Below are positions 35,347 through 45,622 of a DNA stretch of 64,000 nt, in pieces. The notes beneath the pieces are model-generated. The model saw only the letters and a list, made by a program, of their open reading frames with translations, did no database searches and was not told the DNA's origin. Within the stretch, counting starts at the first letter, position 1, and every line of letters begins with the position of its first letter. Source of the stretch: Acidimicrobiia bacterium (GTDB lineage Bacteria; Actinomycetota; Acidimicrobiia; Spongiisociales; UBA11373); NCBI GenBank assembly GCA_040878325.1, contig JBBDMM010000018.1, positions 1 to 64,000 of the forward strand. Reading direction: 5' to 3'. Made by a program: the position numbers and the translations under genes.

Positions 35347-35492
35347 TGGGGGCGAACTCCATCGAATCTGCGCCGTAGCAATCGGTCGATGCCGCCGGGG
35401 CGATCATCCCGGGAGGCTTCTCTATGCGCTCAGTCTGACATTCCGGCCCGCCGGCCCGTCACCAGGCCCCTGCCCGCGCCTACTCTTGGCAC

Positions 35493-36110
35493 ATGTCCTA
35501 CCCCGAAAAGTTTCTGACCGAGGGCGAGTCCGTAGTCCGGGAGTTCCGCCCGCATTGGCGACTGCTCTTCATCCCATTCGCGTGGACGCTGCTGTTCGCC
35601 GCGCTGATCTTCCTCACCTGGCGTTACCCGCCCGACAACAGCACCTTCGACTGGGCCGTGACCGGAATCGTTCTCCTGGCATTCCTGAAGTTGGGCCTCT
35701 ACCCCTTCATTGCCTGGTGGTTCACCCACTACATAGTGACCAACGAGCGCATCATCCGGCGCAGCGGGATCCTCTCCCGCGCCGGCACGGAGATCCCGCT
35801 TGAGAACATCAACCACATGTCGTTCTCGCAGTCGATCCTCGAGCGGATTCTGCGCTCCGGCGACCTGCTGATCGAGTCGGCCGGCGAGAACGCCCAGTCG
35901 AACTTCAACGACATCCCCCAGCCTGAGGCGTTCCAGAGCCTCGTCTACCGCCTGCGCGAACTGCGGGCGAAGAGCCTGGGGAGGGACGGCATCGAGGAGA
36001 CCGACACGGTGGCCCAGTTGGAGCGATTTGGCGCACTCCTCAAGGAGGGCCTGATCACCCAGGACGAGTACGACCGCCAGAAGGCAAAACTCCTCCGCGA
36101 CCAGACCTAA
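35493..36110 (+). CDS. Membrane protein with bacterial PH (bPH_2) domain and C-terminal SHOCT
   Basis: GE.V...RPHW, two TM, Y.VTNERII.R.G, G.IT.DEY..QKA.LL. Confidence 0.88.
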   Translation: MSYPEKFLTEGESVVREFRPHWRLLFIPFAWTLLFAALIFLTWRYPPDNSTFDWAVTGIVLLAFLKLGLYPFIAWWFTHYIVTNERIIRRSGILSRAGTEIPLENINHMSFSQSILERILRSGDLLIESAGENAQSNFNDIPQPEAFQSLVYRLRELRAKSLGRDGIEETDTVAQLERFGALLKEGLITQDEYDRQKAKLLRDQT

Positions 36111-36195
36111 CGAGAACGCCTCGGACCGGGTTTTGCCTTTCGCTCTTCGCCCGGTACATGCGTCGTCGGCTGAACCCGTCCGATAGGTTTACGAA

Positions 36196-37806
36196 ATGCA
36201 CATGATGGATGATTTCCCGCTGCTTCTCTCGACCCTCTACGACCGGTCGGTGCGCATCCATCCCGACAGGAAGATCGTCTCGGTGGGCCACGACCTGGCC
36301 CGCACCCGCACCACATATTCCGAGACCGACGGGCGGGTGCGCCGGCTCGCCACCGCGTTGGCCGGGCTCGGGGTGGACCAGGGCGACGCGGTGGGCACCT
36401 TCGCCTGGAACAACCACCGCCACCACGAGCTCTACTGGGCCACCGCCAACACCGGGCGGGTTTGCCACACGCTGAACATCAGGCTCTTCGCCGACCAGTT
36501 GTCGTACATCGTCAACCACGCCGGCGACAAGGCGTTGTTCGTCGACATCGACCTGGTGCCCCTGGTGGAGCGGTTCGCCCCCGAACTCACCTCCGTGGAG
36601 CATTTCGTGGTCATGGGAGGCGAGGCACCCGACTCACCTCTCGGGTTTATCTCCTACGAGGACCTGATCGCCGATGCCGAACCCTGGGGGCAGTGGCCGC
36701 TGCTCGACGAACGCTCGCCGATGATGCTCTGTTACACCTCGGGCACCACGGGCAACCCCAAGGGGGTGGCCTACACCCAGCGGTCCACCTACCTGCACAC
36801 CATCTCGGGCCTGGCGATGCTCCACATCGGGCCGGAGGACACCATCCTCCCTGTGGTCCCGATGTTTCACGCCGCCGCTTGGGGCTATCCGTTCACGGCG
36901 GTGACGGCCGGGGCCGGGCTGGTGTATCCCGGGCCGGACTACAGCCCAAGCGGTCTCGTCGATCTGTTCGAATCCGAGAAGGTCACGTTTTCGCCAGGGG
37001 TGCCCACGGTTTGGCTGGGGGTACAGCAGTACCTGATGGACCATCCGGAGAAGCGGCTGGAGAGCATTCGCATGCTGCTGTCGGGCGGGTCAGCGGTGCC
37101 GCGGGCCCTGGTCGAGTGGTTCGAGCGGGAACGCGGAATCCGGGTACAGCAGGGCTGGGGGATGACGGAGACCAACCCGGTGGCGTCGGCGGCGATGCTG
37201 CTGCCTGAGCACAATGGCCTGTCGCTCGACGGCAAACTCGATCGTCTCGAGACCGCCGGCCTGCCCGCTCCTGGCCTGCAGATCAAGATCGTCGACGAGG
37301 CGGGCGAGGAACTTCCCTGGGACGGGGTGGCGTTCGGCGAGCTGCTGATCCGGGGCCCGTGGATCGCCGCCGAGTACTACCGGGACCCCCGGTCGCCCAA
37401 CTCCTTCGTCGACGGTTGGCTGCGCACCGGCGATGTCTGCAAGATCACCACGGAGGGTTACATCGTGATCACCGACCGGGCCAAGGATGTGATCAAGTCG
37501 GGTGGCGAGTGGATCTCCTCCCTCGACCTCGAGCGGGAGCTGATGGCTCACCCCGGAGTCGCCGAGGCGGCGGTGATCGGGGTCAAGCACATCAAGTGGC
37601 AGGAGCGCCCGCTCGCCCTGGTGGTCCGCCGCCCCGGCGCGGAGGTCACCGCCGAGGAGTTGCTGGCTCATCTCGAAGGCCGGGTCGCCAAGTGGTGGCT
37701 GCCCGATCGGATTGACTTCGCCGACGAGTTGCCGAAGACCGGTACCGGCAAGTTCGACAAGAAGGTGGTCCGGGAGCGCTACTCCGACCTGCTCCTCGAA
37801 GGGTGA
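36196..37806 (+). CDS. Long-chain fatty acid-CoA ligase
   Basis: [41 protein letters not shown]. Confidence 0.93.
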   Translation: MHMMDDFPLLLSTLYDRSVRIHPDRKIVSVGHDLARTRTTYSETDGRVRRLATALAGLGVDQGDAVGTFAWNNHRHHELYWATANTGRVCHTLNIRLFADQLSYIVNHAGDKALFVDIDLVPLVERFAPELTSVEHFVVMGGEAPDSPLGFISYEDLIADAEPWGQWPLLDERSPMMLCYTSGTTGNPKGVAYTQRSTYLHTISGLAMLHIGPEDTILPVVPMFHAAAWGYPFTAVTAGAGLVYPGPDYSPSGLVDLFESEKVTFSPGVPTVWLGVQQYLMDHPEKRLESIRMLLSGGSAVPRALVEWFERERGIRVQQGWGMTETNPVASAAMLLPEHNGLSLDGKLDRLETAGLPAPGLQIKIVDEAGEELPWDGVAFGELLIRGPWIAAEYYRDPRSPNSFVDGWLRTGDVCKITTEGYIVITDRAKDVIKSGGEWISSLDLERELMAHPGVAEAAVIGVKHIKWQERPLALVVRRPGAEVTAEELLAHLEGRVAKWWLPDRIDFADELPKTGTGKFDKKVVRERYSDLLLEG

Positions 37807-38264
37807 CCGACACGCCGGCGACCCGGGCCGCCGCTGACTCAGGAGTCGCCCATGAGGTGGTCGAGTACGGCCGGGTCAATTCCGTGGAGGAGGCGGCCGA
37901 GAAGCGCGGCGTAGAGGTGCGCCGGGTGCTCAAGTCGATCGTCGTGCGGAGGGCCGAGGGTGACCACTTGATGGTCCTGGTGCCCGGCGATCGGGTGATC
38001 GACTGGGCGAAGCTGCGTAAGCTCGCCGGCGTCTCGCGGATGTCCCTGGCCGAGGCGGAGGAGGCATTCGAGGTGACCGGGTATCGCCCGGGGACGATCA
38101 CGCCGTTCGGATCGAAGACGGCCCTGCCGGTGATCGCCGACGCCACGATCGAAGGGCTTGCCTCGCTCGGAGGAGGAGCCCATGGAGTAGCCATCCACCT
38201 CGACGCCGCCGACCTGATCCGACACTTCGCGGCGACGGTGGCGGATGTGACCAAGCCCGCCTGA
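37803..38264 (+). CDS. YbaK/EbsC family aminoacyl-tRNA deacylase
   Basis: VLKSIVV, VPGD, TGY.PG.ITPFG, GGG. Confidence 0.9.
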   Translation: MTDTPATRAAADSGVAHEVVEYGRVNSVEEAAEKRGVEVRRVLKSIVVRRAEGDHLMVLVPGDRVIDWAKLRKLAGVSRMSLAEAEEAFEVTGYRPGTITPFGSKTALPVIADATIEGLASLGGGAHGVAIHLDAADLIRHFAATVADVTKPA

Positions 38265-38331
38265 CGGCGGGCGGCAATTGGTAATTGGCCTGGACGCGGG
38301 TCGCGGTGCTCTCCTACCTACCATCACCCCC

Positions 38332-38685
38332 ATGCGCGGTCTTCACTCGAAATGGTTCTTTGTCGCGGTGATCGCTACAGGGCTCGTCGGACTCTGGGGC
38401 CTGGCGGCGGCGATTGCCAAGAAGGCACCGGGACGCTGGTTCAAGGTGGCCACGTGGGTGGCGATCGGAGCGATGCTGGTCCAGGTGGGCCTCGGGTTCG
38501 CCCTCTACGGCCAGGGGATCCGGCCCGACGACGACTTCCACCTGTTCTACGGCTTCGTGATCCTCTTCACCTTCACCTTCGCCTACATCTACCGGTCCCA
38601 ACTCGCCAAGCGCCCCGCTTTGGCGTACGGCCTGCTCCTCCTCTTCGTGATGGGTCTGGGTTTGCGGGCCTGGGCCAACGTCTAG
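38332..38685 (+). CDS. Small four-TM hypothetical membrane protein
   Basis: Hydrophobic; FHLFYG motif; TACCAT 7 nt upstream. Confidence 0.75.
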   Translation: MRGLHSKWFFVAVIATGLVGLWGLAAAIAKKAPGRWFKVATWVAIGAMLVQVGLGFALYGQGIRPDDDFHLFYGFVILFTFTFAYIYRSQLAKRPALAYGLLLLFVMGLGLRAWANV

Positions 38686-38869
38686 TAGTCGCCAGTCGCC
38701 AGTCACCAGGAAGAGCCGCTCCGGCTACGGCTCCCGCTCCGGCCAGACCGGGTGCAAAATCCCGAACGTGGTTGGTCGGGTCTTACTAATTGCCAATTGC
38801 GGGCCGAGCGGAGCGAGGCCACCCGCCCGCTCCGATACCATGCCCTGACACACCGGAGGGGGAGATTCC

Positions 38870-39658
38870 GTGCTCTTGGACGGCAAGCGGCTGCTGATCA
38901 CCGGGGTGCTCACTGACGACTCGATTGCGTGGCACTCGGCCCGGATCGCCCAGGAGCAGGGCGCCTCGATCGTCCTCACCGGCTTCGGGCGGGGGATGAG
39001 CCTCACGGAGCGGTCGGCCAAGCGCCTCCCCGACCCGCCCGACGTGATCGAACTCGACATCAACGACCCGGCCCACATGGAGGCCCTGGTCGCCGACCTC
39101 GACAAGCGGTGGGGGTCCGTCGACGGCGCGCTCCATGCCATCGCCTTTGCCCCGGAGGATGCCCTCGGGGGCCGCTTCCTCACGACCCCGGCGGAGAGTG
39201 CTTCGACCGCGTTTCTAACTTCGGCGTTCTCGTACAAGACCCTCGCCGTCGGACTGCTGCCGCTCATGCAGAAGGCCGGGGGCGGCGCGCTGGTCACCCT
39301 CGACTTCGACAACACCCAGGCGTGGCCCGCCTATGACTGGATGGGGGTCGCCAAGGCGGCGCTGGTGGCGGTGACCCGGTACCTCGCTCGCGACCTGGGC
39401 CAGCACGGCATTCGGGTGAATGCGGTATCGGCCGGCCCGTTGGGGACCGTGGCCGCCAAGTCGATCCCCGGGTTCGCCAAGTTCCAAGAAGTCTGGGCCG
39501 AACGGGCGCCCCTCACCTGGGATGTCGGCGACCCGGAGCCGGTTGCCCGGATGATCGGTGTCCTGCTCAGTGACTGGGCGCCGATGACGACCGGCGAGGT
39601 AGTGCACGTCGACGGCGGGTTTCACGCCATCGCTGCCGGCGGAACCGGCGAGTCCTAG
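38870..39658 (+). CDS. fabI: Enoyl-ACP reductase FabI (InhA-like)
   Basis: LITGV..D.SIA, HAIAFAP, YDWMGVAKAAL, SAGPL, TTGE.VHVDGG. Confidence 0.95.
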   Translation: MLLDGKRLLITGVLTDDSIAWHSARIAQEQGASIVLTGFGRGMSLTERSAKRLPDPPDVIELDINDPAHMEALVADLDKRWGSVDGALHAIAFAPEDALGGRFLTTPAESASTAFLTSAFSYKTLAVGLLPLMQKAGGGALVTLDFDNTQAWPAYDWMGVAKAALVAVTRYLARDLGQHGIRVNAVSAGPLGTVAAKSIPGFAKFQEVWAERAPLTWDVGDPEPVARMIGVLLSDWAPMTTGEVVHVDGGFHAIAAGGTGES

Positions 39659-40707
39659 GAGTCGGCTTCCGCGGGAAGCTCGAGGACGAACGTTGCCCCT
39701 CCACCAGGAGTGGCGTGGTGGCTCAACTTGGCGCCGACGGCGGAGGCCAAGCCCCCGGCGATCCGTAAGCCGAGGCCGAGCCCCGTTTCGGATTGGTGGT
39801 CCCCGGAGAACGGATCGAGGGCAACGATCGGCGGCAGTCCCGGGCCGTGGTCGGTGACCTCGACGAGAGCGCCCGACCCTGACGCCTCGATGACCACTGC
39901 CGGTCGGTCTCCGTGGCGGACGGCGTTGTCGACCAGGTTGGTGACGATGCGGCGGAGATGGTCCTCGTCGGTGTCGACCTTGGGGATGTGTCCTACGGCG
40001 CGAACGTCGACTCCGGCCGCCCCCGGCACGTCGGCAACGGCTTGCTCCACGACCTCCACCACGTCGGTGAGTTGCGGGCGGATCGGCAGGCGACCCCCAT
40101 TGATCTTGGTGGCGACGAGCAGGTCCTCGACCAGATGGCGGAGGCGGGAAGCGCCCTCGCGCACCGAGATCTGTAGCGAGTCGGCCTTGGGGTCTGCCGG
40201 GTCGAGGCGTTCGAGGGTTTGCAGTGCTCCGACGATCGTGGTCAGGGGGGCCCGCAGCTCGTGGCTCACGTGGGCGACGAACTCGTCCTTGAGAGCGGCG
40301 GATCGGATTGCCTTCTGGGTGGCTGCAGCCAGCGCGGCCATGTCGATGCCAAGCGCGGCGATCTCGGCCAGGGTTTCGTGATCAGAGGCCGGATCCGCGC
40401 CGACCACCACCAGGCTGGCGGGCGAGGGGAGCGCTTCGGCGGGCAGGGGCACGATCACGGTGTTCGAAGGATCGCTCTGGATCGCGGCCGAGGCGCTGGG
40501 GGAGAGCGGGGCCAGGTCGTGGCCGTCACGGTGCACTGCGACTACTGCGCCGCCGGCGACGATCGCCACGCTGGAAGCGCCGGTTACCGCCGCGATCGCC
40601 CCGGCGATGGCTCGCGCCGCCTCGACCGGATTGGTATGACCGCGGCTCTCAGCAGCAACCACGGATGTGGCCCGGTGACCATTGAACCCCAAGGGTCGTC
40701 GATACAC
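39655..40707 (-). CDS. Cytoplasmic sensor histidine kinase (start uncertain)
   Basis: H-box VSHELRAPLT, N-box NLVDNAVRH, DHGPG, GLGL. Confidence 0.82.
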   Translation of the reverse strand: MYRRPLGFNGHRATSVVAAESRGHTNPVEAARAIAGAIAAVTGASSVAIVAGGAVVAVHRDGHDLAPLSPSASAAIQSDPSNTVIVPLPAEALPSPASLVVVGADPASDHETLAEIAALGIDMAALAAATQKAIRSAALKDEFVAHVSHELRAPLTTIVGALQTLERLDPADPKADSLQISVREGASRLRHLVEDLLVATKINGGRLPIRPQLTDVVEVVEQAVADVPGAAGVDVRAVGHIPKVDTDEDHLRRIVTNLVDNAVRHGDRPAVVIEASGSGALVEVTDHGPGLPPIVALDPFSGDHQSETGLGLGLRIAGGLASAVGAKLSHHATPGGGATFVLELPAEADS

Positions 40708-40741
40708 TTCGGCAGGCACGCTCACGGCAGGATCTCCAAAT

Positions 40742-41752
40742 ATGGCTCGAGTAGCCCTCTTCTTCGGCGGACGTTCCGAGGAACATGAGGTTTCGTGCGT
40801 TTCGGCAGTTTCGACCCTCCAGGCGCTGGAGAGCCGCGGCCATGCCGTTACTGCCGTGGGAATCGACCGCGACGGCATCTGGCACCTCGCCGACCCGGCG
40901 ACCCGGCCGTTGAGCGCCGAGGGGCCGCACGCATCCCTCGAGGTCCCTGGTGGCCGCCTCTTGGCCGATGGGCTTGCCATCGAGATCGATGTTGCCTTTC
41001 CCGTGCTGCACGGCCCTTTCGGAGAGGACGGGACGATCCAGGGGTTGTTCGAGATGGCGTCGCTGCCCTATGTCGGGTCAGGTGTGCTGGGATCGGCCGT
41101 GGCCATGGACAAGGATGTGGCGAACCGACTCTGCCGGGATGCCGGGCTGGCGATTGCCGACTACGTCGTCGTGCGCAGGTCCGCCTACCTCGATGATCCC
41201 TCAGCGGTGGTGGGTGGCGTCGCCGACGACCTCGGCTTCCCGGTCTTCGTCAAGCCCGCCAACCTGGGTTCATCGGTGGGGATCTCACGCGCCGACGATC
41301 ACGGGAGCCTCAAGGACGCCATCGACGACGCCCTCCGTCACGGGAGCAAGGTGCTTGTCGAGAAGGAGGTCAACGGACGCGAGATCGAGGTGGCGGTGCT
41401 CGAGGGGCCTCGCGCTTCGGTACCGGGGGAGATCGTCGTCAAGGACGGCTGGTACACGTACGACGCCAAGTATCGGGACGACGCCACCGAATTGGTCGTC
41501 CCGGCCAACCTGCACGAGTCCGAGGCGGCAATAGTCCGGGCCATGGCATGCAAGGTGTTCGAAGTGCTCGAATGCCGCGGCCTCGCCCGGGTCGATTTCT
41601 TCTACGAGGCCGACGGACGCGGGTTCCTGGTGAACGAGCTGAACACCATGCCCGGATTCACCCCCAAGTCGATGTTCCCGATGATGTGGGCCGCGACGGG
41701 GATGTCGTACGCCGAACTATGCGACGAACTGGTAAGCCTGGCGCTTTCTTAG
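40742..41752 (+). CDS. ddl: D-alanine--D-alanine ligase
   Basis: GGRSEEHEVS, HGPFGEDG, KPANLGSSVG, NELNTMPG. Confidence 0.96.
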   Translation: MARVALFFGGRSEEHEVSCVSAVSTLQALESRGHAVTAVGIDRDGIWHLADPATRPLSAEGPHASLEVPGGRLLADGLAIEIDVAFPVLHGPFGEDGTIQGLFEMASLPYVGSGVLGSAVAMDKDVANRLCRDAGLAIADYVVVRRSAYLDDPSAVVGGVADDLGFPVFVKPANLGSSVGISRADDHGSLKDAIDDALRHGSKVLVEKEVNGREIEVAVLEGPRASVPGEIVVKDGWYTYDAKYRDDATELVVPANLHESEAAIVRAMACKVFEVLECRGLARVDFFYEADGRGFLVNELNTMPGFTPKSMFPMMWAATGMSYAELCDELVSLALS

Positions 41753-41834
41753 GTCGCAGGTGGCAGAACGCGCCCAAACGAGGCGCCTGGACGCGTCGGG
41801 CTATGGGCCATGGACCGCGAGCGCAGCGAGGCTC

Positions 41835-42068
41835 TTAGAGCTTGACGACCGGGCAGGTCAGGGTGCGGGTGATCCCCTCGACGGACTGGATCTTGGCCAC
41901 GACCAACTTGCCGAGTGAATCGACGTCGTCCGCGGATACATGGACGATGGCGTCGTAGGGCCCGGTGACGGCTTCGGATGCTTTCACACCGTCGATCTTC
42001 CCGACTTCCATTGCCACCTGGGCCGCTTTTCCGACCTCGGTCTGGATCAGCACGTAGGCCTCGACCAT
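41835..42068 (-). CDS. Lrp/AsnC ligand-binding domain protein
   Basis: MVEAYVLIQTEVG, VTGPYD, ITRTLTC; RBS AAGGAG. Confidence 0.92.
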   Translation of the reverse strand: MVEAYVLIQTEVGKAAQVAMEVGKIDGVKASEAVTGPYDAIVHVSADDVDSLGKLVVAKIQSVEGITRTLTCPVVKL

Positions 42069-42152
42069 GTCACTCCTTAGGGGTCGTCGTCCTCCGCGGA
42101 CTATACCCGCGCCGGTGTTCAAGGGTTGGGGCGGGTGCCGTACTCTTGGCGG

Positions 42153-43313
42153 ATGTCTTTCGTTTTCCTGGCGCTGTCGCTCACCGCGCTCGTTCTCGGA
42201 GTCACCTCCACGATGGGCCGGGGGATGCGGGGGCCGTGGTGGGGGCCGGCAATGGCGGCGGCGGAACTGGCCCCCTGGTTCCTCGGCGGGATCGGCTTGG
42301 TCGCCTCAGTGTTCATTGCCGCCGAGTGGACGGCGGGTTGGGCCGGGATGATCGGCTTGCTGCTCATGGGGTTGGGCGCGTCCGGGTTCCTCCTAGCTCT
42401 ATTCCGCAGCCTGCGGGGACGGGCGGCGATCGTCGCCGGGGTCGAGCAGGTGCTCGGCGAGAACGTGGTCGTACCGCGTATCCGGCTTCGCACGCTGCTG
42501 CGCCCGTTCCCGCCGCTTGCGAGCGGTCTCCGGCTGGAAACCCATTCGTACGGACCCCACGAGCGGCATTTGGTGGATCGGGTGACCTCGGTGGGTTTCA
42601 CTGGCCCCGCCCCGGTGCTGATCCACCTCCACGGCGGCGGATGGTGGCGGGGCGAGAAGGGGCAGCAGGCACGGCCGCTGCTCAGACATATGGCCCGGTC
42701 GGGGTGGGTGGTGCTTGCCGCCACCTACCGCCTCAGCCCTGAGGCCACCTTCCCGGACCACCTCCACGACGTCGAGCGCCTTATCGCATGGGCCAGAGGG
42801 AATGCCGACGAACTGGGGATCGATCCCGGTTTCGTCGCCGTCACCGGCGGATCGGCTGGGGGACACCTGGCGGCGCTGGCGGGCCTCGGCAACGGAGCGG
42901 CCCGCGTGCAATTGGCTGTGCCTTTCTACGGCGTTCACGACATGCTCGCCTCCGATGGCGTGTCGGCGAAGTGGCCGTACTTGGTGACTCAGATCATGAA
43001 ATCGGATCCAGTGACCCATCGGGAGGCGTGGCTGACGGCATCGCCGATCCATCGGGCCACGGCAGACCGGCCTCCGTTCCTGGTGGTGCATGGCGGTGAC
43101 GACTCTCTCGTCAACGCCGAGGAGTCGAGGCTGCTGGCGCAGAGGCTGCGGGGAGCGGGCGGGCCTCCGGCGGGATACATCGAAGTGCCCTGGGCTCATC
43201 ACGGCTTCGACTTCTTTTCGTCGATCCGAGCACAGCGCCTCGCCGTTGCCGTGGGGGCGGTACTGAACCGGCTGTACGAGCGGCAGAAGCAGCGGCTGGT
43301 GGAAGAGCCATGA
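42153..43313 (+). CDS. Alpha/beta hydrolase (HSL-family esterase) with N-terminal TM helices
   Basis: HGGGW, YRLSP, GGSAGG, HG..DSLV, HGF. Confidence 0.9.
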   Translation: MSFVFLALSLTALVLGVTSTMGRGMRGPWWGPAMAAAELAPWFLGGIGLVASVFIAAEWTAGWAGMIGLLLMGLGASGFLLALFRSLRGRAAIVAGVEQVLGENVVVPRIRLRTLLRPFPPLASGLRLETHSYGPHERHLVDRVTSVGFTGPAPVLIHLHGGGWWRGEKGQQARPLLRHMARSGWVVLAATYRLSPEATFPDHLHDVERLIAWARGNADELGIDPGFVAVTGGSAGGHLAALAGLGNGAARVQLAVPFYGVHDMLASDGVSAKWPYLVTQIMKSDPVTHREAWLTASPIHRATADRPPFLVVHGGDDSLVNAEESRLLAQRLRGAGGPPAGYIEVPWAHHGFDFFSSIRAQRLAVAVGAVLNRLYERQKQRLVEEP

Positions 43314-43335
43314 GGGGGTTCGAACGGCGGTCGGA

Positions 43336-43548
43336 TCAGTAGCCGTCGGACCCCATTCGCACCCGGCTGGCGAAAGGCTTGGCGCCGCTGGAGTCGACCT
43401 CGAAGACGATCCGTTGACCCTGCCTGAGCACCCGGAAGACGCTGTCCTTCAAACTGCCCGGCTGAAGGAACACTTCGGACTGATCGGAGTCGAGCACGAC
43501 CACGCCGAACCCGGTCTTCGGGTCATACACCTTGACGACACCCTGCAT
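43336..43548 (-). CDS. Cold-shock-domain protein
   Basis: MQGVVKVYD..TGFG, FRVLRQGQRIVFEV. Confidence 0.85.
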   Translation of the reverse strand: MQGVVKVYDPKTGFGVVVLDSDQSEVFLQPGSLKDSVFRVLRQGQRIVFEVDSSGAKPFASRVRMGSDGY

Positions 43549-43690
43549 AGAGCGGGGAGTATAGAAGAGGGCCTCGCTGCGCTCGGCCCCGCAATTGGCA
43601 ATTGGCAATTGGCAGGAGTAGTGGAACGCGAGCGGAGGGTCTGGACCCTGTTCCCCCGTGTTACTGTTCACCTCCGCTTCGGAGGTTCCC

Positions 43691-43879
43691 TTGTCTTTTC
43701 GTTGTGAGGTCTGCGGAAAAGAGCCGTGGGTCGGTAAACAGGTCAGCCACTCGCACCGGCGTAGCAGTCGCCGGTGGGTGCCGAACATCCAGCGCGTCCG
43801 GGTGCGCCACGGGAGCAACTCCCGCCGTGCCCACGTGTGCACGTCGTGCATCAAGGCCGGCAAGATCGAGAAGGCGTAG
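43691..43879 (+). CDS. rpmB: 50S ribosomal protein L28 (Zn-binding type)
   Basis: CEVCGK..G..VSHSH....RRW.PNIQ, CTSC; RBS GGAGG, TTG start. Confidence 0.97.
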   Translation: MSFRCEVCGKEPWVGKQVSHSHRRSSRRWVPNIQRVRVRHGSNSRRAHVCTSCIKAGKIEKA

Positions 43880-43975
43880 CCCGACCGAGTAGGTCTTCGG
43901 CGGTTCCGGTCAGCCCGGGCCGGTCTTGCTGGGGCTTAAGCCGGGGCGGGAGCAGGCCCTCCGTATACTCCTCGG

Positions 43976-45622
43976 GTGGCTGCCCACCGTTTGTTGCTTC
44001 GTGCGCAGGACCTCAAATCGATCCTCCAGCGGTACCTCGATCGCCTGCACCAGCATCGGGATGCCCTCAATCGGCTCAATGTGTATCCGGTCCCCGACGG
44101 CGACACCGGTACGAACATGACCCTCACCCTCGAATCGGTGATGAACGAGGTTCGGCCTGCCGAGACGATGGATCAGGTTGCCACTGCTCTCGCCCACGGC
44201 TCGCTGATGGGCGCCCAGGGGAACAGCGGGATCATTCTGTCGCAGATCCTCGCCGGGCTCGCCAACGCCTTTCGCGGCTCCCCATCGCTGGGCACGGCGC
44301 AGTTGGTCGACGCTCTCGGCCGCGCCTCGGTCGCCGCCTACAGGGCCGTCGGTCGGCCAGTCGAAGGCACCATTCTCACCGTGCTGCGCGAGGCCGCTGA
44401 AGCCGCCCAAGATGCCGACACCCCCGAAGGGGAGGATCTCGCGGCGTTTCTCCTGAGGATCTACCAACGCGCCGAGGACGCGCTCCACTCGACCCCCGAC
44501 CTGCTGCCGGTCCTCAAGGAGGCGGGAGTGGTCGATGCCGGCGGCGCCGGGTTCTTGCTGCTACTGGTGGCCTTCCTCGAGGAGGTGACCGGTGAAGACG
44601 TGGTGCTGCCCGAGGCGATCTTCCGCGCCGCCGCGGCGCAACTGATCCCCAGTAGCGGTGCCGATCCAGACCACTCGGTCGCCTTGCTCCGCTACGAGGT
44701 GATGTTCCTGCTCCACGCGGACGATCCCGATGCCGGTGACCGGCTGCGGGAGTCCTGGTCGGATATGGGGGATTCGATCGTCGTCGTCGGCGCAGAGGGG
44801 GTGTGGAACTGCCACATCCACACGGATGACGTCGGCCCTGCGGTCGAAGCCGGCATCGCCTTGGGCCGACCCGAGCGCATCAAGATCACGGACCTGCTGG
44901 ATCAGGCGGCCGAGGAGGCGTTCCACCGGGCTCTGTCCTTCAGTCCGTTGCCCGAGTTCGCAGAGATGGAGGTCGGGGTGGTGGCGGTGGCGGTGGGTGA
45001 CGGGATCGTCGAGCTATTTCGCGACGCCGGAGCGCAGGGTCTGGTCGTCGGCGGCCAAACGATGAACCCTTCGGTGCGGGAGATGCTGGCCGTCGTCGAC
45101 TCGACGGCGGCGAACACGGTGATCGTGCTGCCCAACAACAAGAACATCATTCCCGTCGCCGAGCAGCTCGATGCGCTCTCGTCGAAACGAGTCCTCGTTG
45201 TGCCCACGCGTTCGGTGCCAGAGGGGCTCGCGGCGATGATCGCCTACCTCCCCGGTGCCGACCCCGACGAGCTGGTGAAGGCAATGGCCTCGGCGGCAGG
45301 TTCGGTCGCGTGGGGTGAGGTGACCCAGGCGGTCCGCGGCGCCATGACGCCGGTGGGCGCCTGCGAGGAGGGGGACTGGCTGGGGATCATCGGGGGCGAC
45401 GTGGCACTGGTCGAACACGAGCTGGCACCGGCAGCCACCAGGGTGATGGATGCGTTGGTGGCCAACGACGCCGAGATGATCACGATCTTCACCGGGAGCG
45501 ACGCCGCCGCCGCCGCCACTGCCGCCCTGGTTGCTCACCTGGCCGATGACCATCCCGCGGTGGAGGTGTCGGTCATCGACGGCGGCCAGCCGCTCTACCC
45601 CTACATCTTCGGGGTCGAGTGA
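43976..45622 (+). CDS. DAK2-domain fatty acid kinase subunit (FakA/YloV-like)
   Basis: LNVYPVPDGDTGTNM, GNSG.ILSQ, VDAGG, GGQTMNPS, GGQP.YPY..GVE. Confidence 0.93.
   Translation: MAAHRLLLRAQDLKSILQRYLDRLHQHRDALNRLNVYPVPDGDTGTNMTLTLESVMNEVRPAETMDQVATALAHGSLMGAQGNSGIILSQILAGLANAFRGSPSLGTAQLVDALGRASVAAYRAVGRPVEGTILTVLREAAEAAQDADTPEGEDLAAFLLRIYQRAEDALHSTPDLLPVLKEAGVVDAGGAGFLLLLVAFLEEVTGEDVVLPEAIFRAAAAQLIPSSGADPDHSVALLRYEVMFLLHADDPDAGDRLRESWSDMGDSIVVVGAEGVWNCHIHTDDVGPAVEAGIALGRPERIKITDLLDQAAEEAFHRALSFSPLPEFAEMEVGVVAVAVGDGIVELFRDAGAQGLVVGGQTMNPSVREMLAVVDSTAANTVIVLPNNKNIIPVAEQLDALSSKRVLVVPTRSVPEGLAAMIAYLPGADPDELVKAMASAAGSVAWGEVTQAVRGAMTPVGACEEGDWLGIIGGDVALVEHELAPAATRVMDALVANDAEMITIFTGSDAAAAATAALVAHLADDHPAVEVSVIDGGQPLYPYIFGVE

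Noticed and set aside
33870..35517. ORFs crossing the 34580-35492 gap (33870-35381 -, 34579-35136 -, 34665-35171 +, 34679-35146 +, 35074-35517 +)
   Set aside because: Pro/Arg/Gly-rich, mutually overlapping, run through heptamer repeats, no recognisable motif; RNA structure explains the region better
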